The translations under genes were made by a program, and so were the position numbers. A DNA stretch of 24,000 bases, from assembly GCF_003970385.1 (NCBI RefSeq), contig NZ_RXZH01000001.1, forward strand, positions 849,300-873,299. Direction: 5' to 3'. Origin of the DNA: Vibrio aquaticus (GTDB lineage: Bacteria > Pseudomonadota > Gammaproteobacteria > Enterobacterales > Vibrionaceae). Numbering within the stretch: position 1 is the stretch's first letter; each line of letters opens with the position of its first letter. The notes below the pieces were generated by a model, which worked only from the letters and a program-made list of their open reading frames with translations, made no database searches and was not told the DNA's origin. Shown piece after piece: positions 1 to 7,357 of this stretch.

Positions 1-1
1 G

Positions 2-394
2 CCGATTAAACCTAGAGTCTTACTAGCGCGGCTGCGTATGCTGCTTCGCAGACAGGCGCAGACGAGTGAGAACGAAGGTACGTCAAAAGCCCTAGTCTTT
101 GGCCAGCTCAAACTTAACCCTCAGAGAAAAATATGTGAGCTAGCAGGAAAGGAGGTCACCATGACCGACAGTGAATTTAACCTGTTGTGGATACTGGCTA
201 GCTCTCCCGATGAAGTACTTTCTCGAGAAGCCCTGACGTTTGCACTCCGGGGTATTGAGTATGATGGGCTTGACCGAACCGTTGACAACAAAATCGTTAA
301 CTTAAGAAAAAAGATCGGCGACAACTCATCGACCCCCAAACGCATCATCACAGTACGTGGGAAAGGCTACCTGTTTATACCAGATAGCTGGTAA
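2..394 (+). CDS. OmpR/PhoB-family response regulator, C-terminal part (5' end lies upstream of the window)
   Basis: The frame is open from the window edge (PIKPRVLLARLRMLLRR...) into listed ORF 38..394. Winged-helix output-domain signatures are present (LTxSEFNLLWIL, DRTVDNKIVNLRKKI, ITVRGKGY). The kinase gene starts 23 nt downstream. Confidence 0.9.
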   Translation, partial: PIKPRVLLARLRMLLRRQAQTSENEGTSKALVFGQLKLNPQRKICELAGKEVTMTDSEFNLLWILASSPDEVLSREALTFALRGIEYDGLDRTVDNKIVNLRKKIGDNSSTPKRIITVRGKGYLFIPDSW

Positions 395-417
395 CAACCT
401 ATAGAATTGAGGTCCTT

Positions 418-1707
418 ATGCGTCGAATCTACGTTGAGTCATTTGTTGGCTTGTTTGTACTCTTTGTTCTAAGCATGTATGCGTATAAAGTCATTGTCTT
501 TGAAATGAACCCAAATTATGAGTATATGCTCGCAAGACATGAAGGTGCTGCCCTCCGCGAACTGATCACTGAAATATCCGCAGATCAAGGCCAAGAAAAA
601 GCACTGAGTATGCTAAACCGATATGCCAAACATACCGCGCATACTTTGGCAATAGTCGACTATGTTAACCTTCCTCAGCAAGTGAAAGCATACTTCGACG
701 CCCCCCATGAAGAACACCCCCATACCTATTTTGATCACGAACACCACCTGTGGATGCAAACGGCGGATCATAGTCTTTACTATCACTTACATGATGATGA
801 TTCTACAGAGCTGAGACAAGCGATATATCGAGATGACAATCTTGTTTGGGGATTTATCAGCGCAGGCTTTTTTATCTATTCAGGAGGCCTTATTTGGTTT
901 TTAAATCGAAGGGTTCGTAAGCTAGAACGCGCCACGTTAAAGTTTGCTGCGGGAGACTTAACCGCTCGAGCACCTGAAAGAAGTAAGGACCAAGTAGGCA
1001 CACTCAACAAAAGCTTTAACTATATGGCGAAGAAAATAGCCGACTTAATCACCAGTAACCGCTCACTGACGAATGCGGTCGCCCATGATTTAAGAACTCC
1101 AATATTCCGAATTCAATGGCAAGCCGAGATTCTACAAGATGAAACGTTGACCAAAGAGCAGCACAGTAAGATTGTTAGTATTATCGAAGATACAGAAGAA
1201 ATGGAGGCAATGATCAATGATCTTCTCCATTTCGCCAAATTAGAACAACCGGAAACTCAAGTCCAGAGTGAAGCCTTTAACTTGAATCAGGTGTTGTCTA
1301 CTGTCTCGAGCACAAGAAATGAAGGCTTAGATATCACCGTAAATACCCTTAAGGACGGCTATGTCATCATTGCAGACAAGGCATTAGTTCAACGCTCAGT
1401 CGACAACCTCCTATCGAATGCGAACCGATACGCTAAGTCTTCGATTCAGGTTTCTACCCACTGCTCCAAAGAGAATATCTCAATAATCGTAGAAGATGAT
1501 GGAGAGGGGATTGATCCAGAGCACTGGCCACAGATTTTCGATGCTTTTTATAGTGCCGACCCTGCACGAAACAAAGCAACATCAGGTTCGGGGTTAGGTC
1601 TTGCGATCGTTAAAATGATTGCAGAAAAGCATCAAGGTAGCGTTCAAGTGGGGAGCAGTTCCCTCGGCGGCGCCAAATTTACTCTCACTTTTCCTCGAGT
1701 GTCATAA
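418..1707 (+). CDS. Two-component sensor histidine kinase (2 TM segments, HAMP, HisKA H-box, HATPase_c)
   Basis: 429-aa ORF. H-box is AVAHDLRTPI; N-box LLSNANRYA; G-boxes EDDGEGI and GSGLGLAIV. Hydrophobic segments lie at aa ~8-28 and ~143-163. It is paired with the upstream response regulator. Confidence 0.92.
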   Translation: MRRIYVESFVGLFVLFVLSMYAYKVIVFEMNPNYEYMLARHEGAALRELITEISADQGQEKALSMLNRYAKHTAHTLAIVDYVNLPQQVKAYFDAPHEEHPHTYFDHEHHLWMQTADHSLYYHLHDDDSTELRQAIYRDDNLVWGFISAGFFIYSGGLIWFLNRRVRKLERATLKFAAGDLTARAPERSKDQVGTLNKSFNYMAKKIADLITSNRSLTNAVAHDLRTPIFRIQWQAEILQDETLTKEQHSKIVSIIEDTEEMEAMINDLLHFAKLEQPETQVQSEAFNLNQVLSTVSSTRNEGLDITVNTLKDGYVIIADKALVQRSVDNLLSNANRYAKSSIQVSTHCSKENISIIVEDDGEGIDPEHWPQIFDAFYSADPARNKATSGSGLGLAIVKMIAEKHQGSVQVGSSSLGGAKFTLTFPRVS

Positions 1708-1733
1708 AGCCCTGACATGAATTGACAATTCAT

Positions 1734-1760
1734 CGACAAACCCACGATATTGTCGTTTTT
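1734..1760 (+). terminator. Weak intrinsic terminator after the kinase gene
   Basis: CGACAA (1734-1739) pairs with TTGTCG (1750-1755), with a 10-nt loop, followed by T5 (1756-1760). The stem is short. Confidence 0.4.
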
Positions 1761-1842
1761 AGGACCCCCTGTGTCCTCAATCAGCGGAACGCCGAATTAA
1801 AAATGTCTCCCCCCTTAACAAGTAAAAAGCCCGACTCCGTAG

Positions 1843-1887
1843 AAAAAAAGATGCCTAGGCGATGAAGTCCGGGGGAGCCTAGGCATC
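1843..1887 (-). terminator. Strong minus-strand intrinsic terminator
   Basis: Perfect 11-bp stem GATGCCTAGGC (1850-1860) / GCCTAGGCATC (1877-1887) with a 16-nt loop. On the minus strand it is followed by T7 (complement of A7 at 1843-1849). The plus strand has no T-run after the hairpin. Confidence 0.75.
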
Positions 1888-2077
1888 AAACGTAACGTAA
1901 GTAAAATGTGCTTGCACATAAGGTAGAGGAAACAAACCTGCATTAAGCCAAGACTACAAGTTCAATATATACTCCCAACCTACTTAACGTTTACGTGGGC
2001 TCGGTCAAGCAAACAATGGTTGGCACAGTACCACCGCCCTTGCTTAACACAAGAATGAGGTTAGCAAGAGTGACACC
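1843..2077 (-). ncRNA. Candidate ~235-nt structured small RNA, divergent from the ibrA-like gene (5' end inferred from a predicted promoter)
   Basis: Bounded by a sigma70-like promoter (2084-2111) and the terminator at 1843-1887. There is no ORF with a ribosome-binding site inside. Several nested complementary segments are present (2039-2048/2060-2068, 1981-1996/1890-1903, 1972-1981/1921-1930, 1906-1919). Confidence 0.4.
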
Positions 2078-2083
2078 CTTGCC

Positions 2084-2111
2084 ATAATAATTGATGGTTT
2101 ATTAATGTTAA
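2084..2111 (-). promoter_or_regulatory. Predicted sigma70 promoter on the minus strand
   Basis: The minus strand reads TTAACA (2111-2106), a 16-nt spacer, then TATTAT (2089-2084). Each hexamer matches its consensus at 5/6. The context is AT-rich, so a chance match is possible. Confidence 0.4.
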
Positions 2112-2384
2112 TTCTCCGAATTTTTTGGGAGAGTAATGTCAGTAGCCAAAGTCTTACCAGGCTCTTGCGTCATCGAAATGCCTTCATTCAATTCCAGCAC
2201 TACTAGCTCAGAAAACTCAGCTCTACCCACCAAGTCTTCCATAAATTGAACATAAATTACTGTTGGAAAAAATTCTTTAGTTTAACCTCCGCACTAGGTT
2301 AGAGCGCTAGAGCGAGGCTCCTAACTTTTAGGGCTGGTTCCTAATTTTTCCTCATTCATGAGGGTGTAATACGGAGGGGTAACG

Positions 2385-3620
2385 GTGAAATCCGGTAGAA
2401 AAAAACAGCTAAAAGAGGATGTTTTCACAGCAGCAAAACGCCGTATTTCTTACATTTTTGACCACTTTGATCATCTCTATATTTCTGTTTCTGGGGGAAA
2501 AGATTCAGCCGTTTTACTCAATTTGGCTATCCGAGAAGCAGAGATACGGGGACGACTTCCCTTAGATATCTTGATTGTTGACTTTGAAGCTCAATTTGAG
2601 CAAACCGCTGCCTTTCTAGAACGTATCGTCTTAACTGGCAAGGTCAACCCTTACTGGATCTGTTTGCCGATCAGCTTAAGAAACTCAGTTTCACAGTTTC
2701 AACCTAAATGGGTGTGTTGGGATCCAAAAGAAAAGCATCGTTGGGTGAGGTCACTGCCTAACGTCAAGGGCGTGATCAGTGACGAACAGACGCTGCCATT
2801 TTTCGAGCCAGGCGTAGAGTTTGAGGATTTTGTTTGTCAATTTGCCCACTGGTATCAGCAGGCAAAAGGTACACAAATCGCCATTTTAATTGGCATTCGA
2901 GCGGATGAGTCACTCAATCGATATAAGACAATAAAAAACATCAAGAAAGCTAAGTTTAACGATCGAGCTTGGACAACCCAGATGCTAGACGATGTCTACA
3001 TGGCCTACCCCATTTATGATTGGAACACCGAGGATATTTGGATCGCAAACGGTAAGTTTAAGTGGGACTACAACCGAGTATACGATCTTATGCACCAAGC
3101 AGGAGTAAAACTCTCCCTCCAAAGGCTCTGTCAGCCGTTTGGAGATGAACAAAGAAAAAGCCTGTGGCTGTACCAGAAATTAGAACCGGATACTTGGCAG
3201 AAATTAGTAGAACGAGTGGAAGGGTGTAACTTTGGGGCCAGATACACTAAAGATCAGGGTCGAATACTCGGCTATTACCGTTTCACATTGCCCGATGGAC
3301 TGACGTATCGTCAGTACAGCAAACTATTACTCAAAACGATGCCCCCAGAGCTTGAGCTGCATTATCGACAACGCATTTTCAAGTTCCTGCAATGGTGGAG
3401 AAAAAATGGCCCACCGAGAGGGGTACATCGCATCCCAGACTTTGCAGACTCCAAGCTAGAAACGAAAAAGAAGGTTCCGAGTTGGCGACGGATATGTAGG
3501 GTATTGATTAAAAATGATTACTGGTGTCGCGGGTTATCTTTTGGTTATAACCAATCTTCCGCCCGAACCCTTCAACACCTCACGAAGCCTTTCAAAGAAG
3601 GAAAAAGTCCTGATGGATAA
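2385..3620 (+). CDS. ibrA: IbrA-like PP-loop ATPase / PAPS-reductase-fold protein with a long C-terminal extension (DUF3440-type architecture)
   Basis: 411-aa ORF with a GTG start preceded by GGAGGGG (2373-2379). The PP-loop motif SGGKDS is at aa 36-41. It is followed by an overlapping ParB-fold gene, which is the IbrA/IbrB architecture. Confidence 0.85.
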   Translation: MKSGRKKQLKEDVFTAAKRRISYIFDHFDHLYISVSGGKDSAVLLNLAIREAEIRGRLPLDILIVDFEAQFEQTAAFLERIVLTGKVNPYWICLPISLRNSVSQFQPKWVCWDPKEKHRWVRSLPNVKGVISDEQTLPFFEPGVEFEDFVCQFAHWYQQAKGTQIAILIGIRADESLNRYKTIKNIKKAKFNDRAWTTQMLDDVYMAYPIYDWNTEDIWIANGKFKWDYNRVYDLMHQAGVKLSLQRLCQPFGDEQRKSLWLYQKLEPDTWQKLVERVEGCNFGARYTKDQGRILGYYRFTLPDGLTYRQYSKLLLKTMPPELELHYRQRIFKFLQWWRKNGPPRGVHRIPDFADSKLETKKKVPSWRRICRVLIKNDYWCRGLSFGYNQSSARTLQHLTKPFKEGKSPDG

Positions 3621-4284
3621 GACCATTGAAAAAACAAAGCAATTATTTCGTGCGCTCTCTCAATCAACTCAAAGGCGGCCTAAGAAAGCCATATTTGATA
3701 ACAATGAGACGACTTCCTCCACCGACACTCTTGGCTGGATATCAACCTACAACCAATTAACTGACCTCGTACTCAAACAGTTTCCTCTTCTCCCTCCTAT
3801 TTGCTCCATCAAGCTACTGCCCCTCAATAAAATCAGCGCCAATGACTACAACCCAAATAAAATGGCAAAGCCAGAAGGTAAGCTACTGTTGCACTCTCTT
3901 GAGCAGGATGGGCTGACGCTGCCCATACTTGTCAATCTACAAAGCCACCATGACCTATACACCATCATTGATGGGTTTCACCGTTATGAACTGATAAAGA
4001 AGCACTCTCACCTACAAACAGTCAAAGGCTATATCCCCGCGATTGTCCTATCCAAATCCAAAGGCGAAGCCATGTCGTCCTCAATAAGGCACAACATCGC
4101 TAGAGGTGTCCACCAAGTCGAATTGACCGCTAATATGGTCATCGCACTCAAGCAAATGAATTGGAGCAATGAAGAAATAGGGAGAGAACTAGGGATGGAT
4201 AAAGATGAAGTTCTAAGAATGCAGCAAATCACAGGATTAGCCGACGCTTTTAAAGATCAGGACTTTTCAACCGCCTGGGAATAA
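3613..4284 (+). CDS. ibrB: IbrB-like ParB/sulfiredoxin-fold protein with an HTH-like C-terminal segment
   Basis: The ATG at 3613 lies inside the last codons of the upstream gene (8-nt overlap). The ParB-fold motif YTIIDGFHRYE is present. The listed ORF start at 3514 would overlap the upstream gene by 107 nt, so I rejected it. Confidence 0.8.
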   Translation: MDKTIEKTKQLFRALSQSTQRRPKKAIFDNNETTSSTDTLGWISTYNQLTDLVLKQFPLLPPICSIKLLPLNKISANDYNPNKMAKPEGKLLLHSLEQDGLTLPILVNLQSHHDLYTIIDGFHRYELIKKHSHLQTVKGYIPAIVLSKSKGEAMSSSIRHNIARGVHQVELTANMVIALKQMNWSNEEIGRELGMDKDEVLRMQQITGLADAFKDQDFSTAWE

Positions 4285-4430
4285 CGCCTCAAATACTGTT
4301 TATTATTTACTCATTAATAACATTACATCTCGTATTTCGAACGACTAAATTCTCTTGGCGTTTAACGCTTACCACGTACTCAAATGTACTTACTTAAAAC
4401 TTGGCGTATTTTATTGCTAGGAGAAATTTC

Positions 4431-5699
4431 ATGAACTTATCCTCTGATACTACTCTAAATCAGACTAAACCTTCATTGTGCAGCGGGGCCAGTATTGTTG
4501 CCTGCGTTTGTATTGGTGCAGGAATGCTTGGCCTTCCTACCGCAGGTGCTGGCTCTTGGACGATATGGTCTTCACTGACATTGATTGTGACCATGCTCAT
4601 TATGACCGCAAGTGGCTGCTTACTGTTAGAAAGCTTTAAGTCTTACCCATTTCGCTCTTCTTTTAGCACCGTGACACGCGATTTGTTGGGCCCGAGAATT
4701 GCCACAGTAAACAACTTAGCTGTCTATTTTGTCGGTGCGATTCTACTTTACGCCTACACCACCTCATCGGGGCTGATTATTGAGCAATACACCTCAGTTA
4801 ATGCCTCGACTGGCTCGATCTTTTTTGTGTTGTTGTTCTCCGCTTTCGTCTGGCACTCAACCCAAGCTGTTAGTAAGATTTCAATCGTGCTGTTACTCTT
4901 TATGTCGTTCAGCTTTATCTTCTCAATTCTAGGGCTGCTGACGTCGCTAGACCCAATCAATCTATTTGGCGACTTTCAGATGTCAAACAGCGTCTATGTA
5001 TTTTCTTTGTTACCCATCGCCCTGACTTCTTTCGGATTTCACCATACTGTTTCTTCTTTAAGGGACTACTATGTGGATGAGTTTCGAGCAGAAAAAGCGA
5101 TGGTGTTAGGTACTGGGTTAGCGCTGTTCGTCTACTTAATCTGGCAAATCAGCGTTTATGGTAATCTCACTCGCAGCAGCTTCATTGAAGTCAGGGAGCT
5201 TGGAGGCAATGTCGATGCATTAATGTCTCTCATGACAAATGGCTTAAAGAAAGAAACCCTGTCGACGATCTTAAATGCATTCTCTTCTGCCGCTATTCTG
5301 TCGAGCTTTATCGGAGTGGGCTTGGGGGTATTTGACTTTCTTACCGATGCTTTTCAATTCGAGAATAACCGTTCAGGGCGATTCAAAGCATGGTTGGTCA
5401 CCTTTCTTCCTCCGTTGCTCTTTTCCTATTTTCTCCCGTTCGGTTTTCTAGCGACAATTGGCTACGCCTCTCTCTTTGCTGCTATTTGGGCGTGTATCAT
5501 TCCAGCTCTATTAGTAAAAAAAGTTCGCGAAGAGGAATCAAATAATACGCTCGAGCCCTGCTCTACCTCTTGGAAACCCAGCAGCTATACCACACCTGGC
5601 GGTGATTTAACGCTCATCGCGGTGTTTTTATTTGGCATCATCATTATAGTAATCAGAATCCTAGAACCTCTGGGTTTCGTTCCCAATTTTGGTCGATAG
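4431..5699 (+). CDS. Aromatic amino acid permease of the Mtr/TnaB/TyrP (HAAAP) family, probably a tryptophan permease
   Basis: Polytopic membrane protein with the N-terminal IGAGMLGLP motif. AGGAG (4419-4423) lies 7 nt before ATG 4431, whereas the listed TTG at 4401 has no ribosome-binding site. It sits immediately upstream of tnaA. Confidence 0.85.
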   Translation: MNLSSDTTLNQTKPSLCSGASIVACVCIGAGMLGLPTAGAGSWTIWSSLTLIVTMLIMTASGCLLLESFKSYPFRSSFSTVTRDLLGPRIATVNNLAVYFVGAILLYAYTTSSGLIIEQYTSVNASTGSIFFVLLFSAFVWHSTQAVSKISIVLLLFMSFSFIFSILGLLTSLDPINLFGDFQMSNSVYVFSLLPIALTSFGFHHTVSSLRDYYVDEFRAEKAMVLGTGLALFVYLIWQISVYGNLTRSSFIEVRELGGNVDALMSLMTNGLKKETLSTILNAFSSAAILSSFIGVGLGVFDFLTDAFQFENNRSGRFKAWLVTFLPPLLFSYFLPFGFLATIGYASLFAAIWACIIPALLVKKVREEESNNTLEPCSTSWKPSSYTTPGGDLTLIAVFLFGIIIIVIRILEPLGFVPNFGR

Positions 5700-5729
5700 T
5701 CCTCACTTACCCCTCAAAAACATTGGCCT

Positions 5730-5766
5730 CTTATTGAATTAATTATACATATATTAATTCAATAAG
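5730..5766. repeat. AT-rich perfect inverted repeat between the permease gene and tnaA
   Basis: CTTATTGAATTAAT (5730-5743) and ATTAATTCAATAAG (5753-5766) are perfect 14-bp arms with a 9-nt spacer. No T-run follows on either strand. Confidence 0.6.
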
Positions 5767-5853
5767 ATCTCCGCCAGTGTTCTCCTAATAAGCCACTGCA
5801 CACATATTGCATTGGGTCTACCTTAAAGAAAACAATTAGAAAAGGAAACGCAA

Positions 5854-7323
5854 ATGGAAAGTTCGAATAATGCTTTTTCGCAGAATAATCAGGCAAAGGA
5901 TTTAAGCTCTGCTATGAGGTATATCGCCGAACCATATAGGATCAGAGTAATCGAACCGATTGGCCAAACGACCCGCTCGCAAAGGGAAGAGGCGCTGGCA
6001 AAGGTGGGATTTAATCCTTTTCTTCTGCACAGCAAAGATGTATTCATTGACTTACTTACGGACAGCGGTACTGGCGCAGTAACGCAATCTATGCAAGCTG
6101 CCATGTTGATGGGAGATGAAGCTTACAGTGGCAGCCGCAGTTACTTTGGTTTGAAAGAGGCGGTGGAAGACATTTTCGGCTATCAAACCACTATTCCAAC
6201 ACACCAAGGAAGAGGAGCGGAACAGCTGTATGTACCAAGTTTGATCAAGAAGCGAGAACGTGAAAAAGGCTTGTCCAGAGACAAAATGACGGTCATATCC
6301 AATTTCTTCTTCGATACAACGCAAGGACACTCGCAATGGCACGGATGCAAAATTGTTAATGTCCCTGTTCCAGCTGCATTTGATACTAAGGTCAAAGCCG
6401 ACTTCAAAGGGAATTTTGACCTCGACTTGCTTGAAAAGACAATTGAAGACATTGGCCCTAAACATATCCCATATATTGTCAGCACCATTACGTGTAACTC
6501 CGCTGGTGGTCAACCGGTCTCTGTGACCAACTTGAAAGAGGTGTATCGAATCGCTAAGCAATACGATATTCCCGTAGTGATGGACTGCGCTCGATTTGCT
6601 GAGAATGCTTACTTTGTTAAACAACGTGAACCTGGATTCAGCCATATGAGCATTGAAGAGATCACTCACCTTTCGTTTCAATATGCCGATGTCTTGGCGA
6701 TGTCTGCGAAAAAAGACGCCATGGTGCCAATCGGTGGACTGCTCGCTTTTAAAGACGACTCCTTAGATGATGTGTACCAAGAATGTCGAACATTGTGTGT
6801 ACTCCTAGAAGGTTTCCCGACCTACGGCGGACTTGAAGGAGGGGCAATGGAACGATTGGCCGTCGGGCTCTATGAAGCGATGAGAGAAGAGTGGCTTGAA
6901 TCTCGTATCGGGCAAATTCAGTATCTCGTCGATGGACTCGAAGCCATTGGGGTGCAATGCCAACAAGCAGGTGGCCACGCGGTCTTTATTGATGCGGGTG
7001 CAATACTGCCTCATATCCCGAAAGATCAATTCCCGGGTCATGTGTTAGCGTGTGAATTGTATCGTGTCGCGGGGATCCGCAGTGCGGAAATCGGTTCACT
7101 TTTGATTGGGCGCGATCCATCGAGTGGTGTCCAGCTACCCGCTCCTGCAGAGCTGTTGCGTTTAGCGATACCTAGAGCAACTTATACTCAAGCCCATCTT
7201 GACTACGTCATTGCAGCCTTTCAGCTAGTAATGAATGGGTGTCAAAACCTCAAAGGTTTGACGTTCACCTACGAACCACCGGTGTTAAGACACTTCAATG
7301 CACAATTTGTCGAAGTGGCTTGA
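5854..7323 (+). CDS. tnaA: Tryptophanase (tryptophan indole-lyase, PLP-dependent beta-eliminating lyase)
   Basis: Long blocks are collinear with my recollection of E. coli TnaA: [97 protein letters not shown] and KGLTFTYEP. Confidence 0.95.
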   Translation: MESSNNAFSQNNQAKDLSSAMRYIAEPYRIRVIEPIGQTTRSQREEALAKVGFNPFLLHSKDVFIDLLTDSGTGAVTQSMQAAMLMGDEAYSGSRSYFGLKEAVEDIFGYQTTIPTHQGRGAEQLYVPSLIKKREREKGLSRDKMTVISNFFFDTTQGHSQWHGCKIVNVPVPAAFDTKVKADFKGNFDLDLLEKTIEDIGPKHIPYIVSTITCNSAGGQPVSVTNLKEVYRIAKQYDIPVVMDCARFAENAYFVKQREPGFSHMSIEEITHLSFQYADVLAMSAKKDAMVPIGGLLAFKDDSLDDVYQECRTLCVLLEGFPTYGGLEGGAMERLAVGLYEAMREEWLESRIGQIQYLVDGLEAIGVQCQQAGGHAVFIDAGAILPHIPKDQFPGHVLACELYRVAGIRSAEIGSLLIGRDPSSGVQLPAPAELLRLAIPRATYTQAHLDYVIAAFQLVMNGCQNLKGLTFTYEPPVLRHFNAQFVEVA

Positions 7324-7324
7324 T

Positions 7325-7355
7325 AAAAGAGAGCCAGCAATAAATGCTGGCTCTC
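7325..7355. terminator. Hairpin between convergent genes, probably a bidirectional terminator
   Basis: GAGAGCCAGCA (7329-7339) pairs with TGCTGGCTCTC (7345-7355): an 11-bp perfect stem with a 5-nt loop. An A-run upstream gives a T-run on the minus strand, directly after the stop of the minus-strand gene at 7358. Confidence 0.65.
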
Positions 7356-7357
7356 AA

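Noticed and set aside
2108-2242. 44-aa minus-strand ORF (MEDLVGRAEFSELVVLELNEGISMTQEPGKTLATDITLPKNSEN) in the spacer upstream of ibrA.
   Set aside because: It has no Shine-Dalgarno sequence and no recognisable family, and it is below the track threshold. It could be a gene remnant, but I cannot support a call. It is worth a translated search.
1843-2384. Possibility that the ORF-free spacer is a retron msr/msd, a riboswitch, or a sigma54-driven Qrr-type sRNA.
   Set aside because: No reverse transcriptase gene is adjacent. TGGCAC at 2029-2034 is not followed by TTGC at the required 5-nt spacing. I saw no similarity to the Qrr core sequence.
3514-3612. Upstream extension of the IbrB-like ORF (listed start 3514).
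   Set aside because: It would overlap the ibrA-like gene by 107 nt, and the residues it adds look like out-of-frame translation. The internal ATG at 3613 gives a conventional short coupling overlap.
4384-4434. Identity of the small upstream ORF as a TnaC homologue.
   Set aside because: The peptide lacks the conserved TnaC W-x3-D...P pattern, and it precedes the permease rather than tnaA. I kept it only as a low-interest uORF observation.
6052-6681. Long antisense ORFs nested inside confident genes. Examples: 6052..6681 and 6183..6488 within tnaA; 12517..12846 and 12983..13270 within the ABC ATPases; 15474..15912 within rctB; 19700..19952 within parB2; 21981..22373 within tmcA; 121..351, 4029..4232 and 4754..4960.
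   Set aside because: Each lies entirely opposite or out of frame to a gene with strong family motifs. None has a ribosome-binding site or a recognisable domain, and their compositions are typical of antisense read-through.
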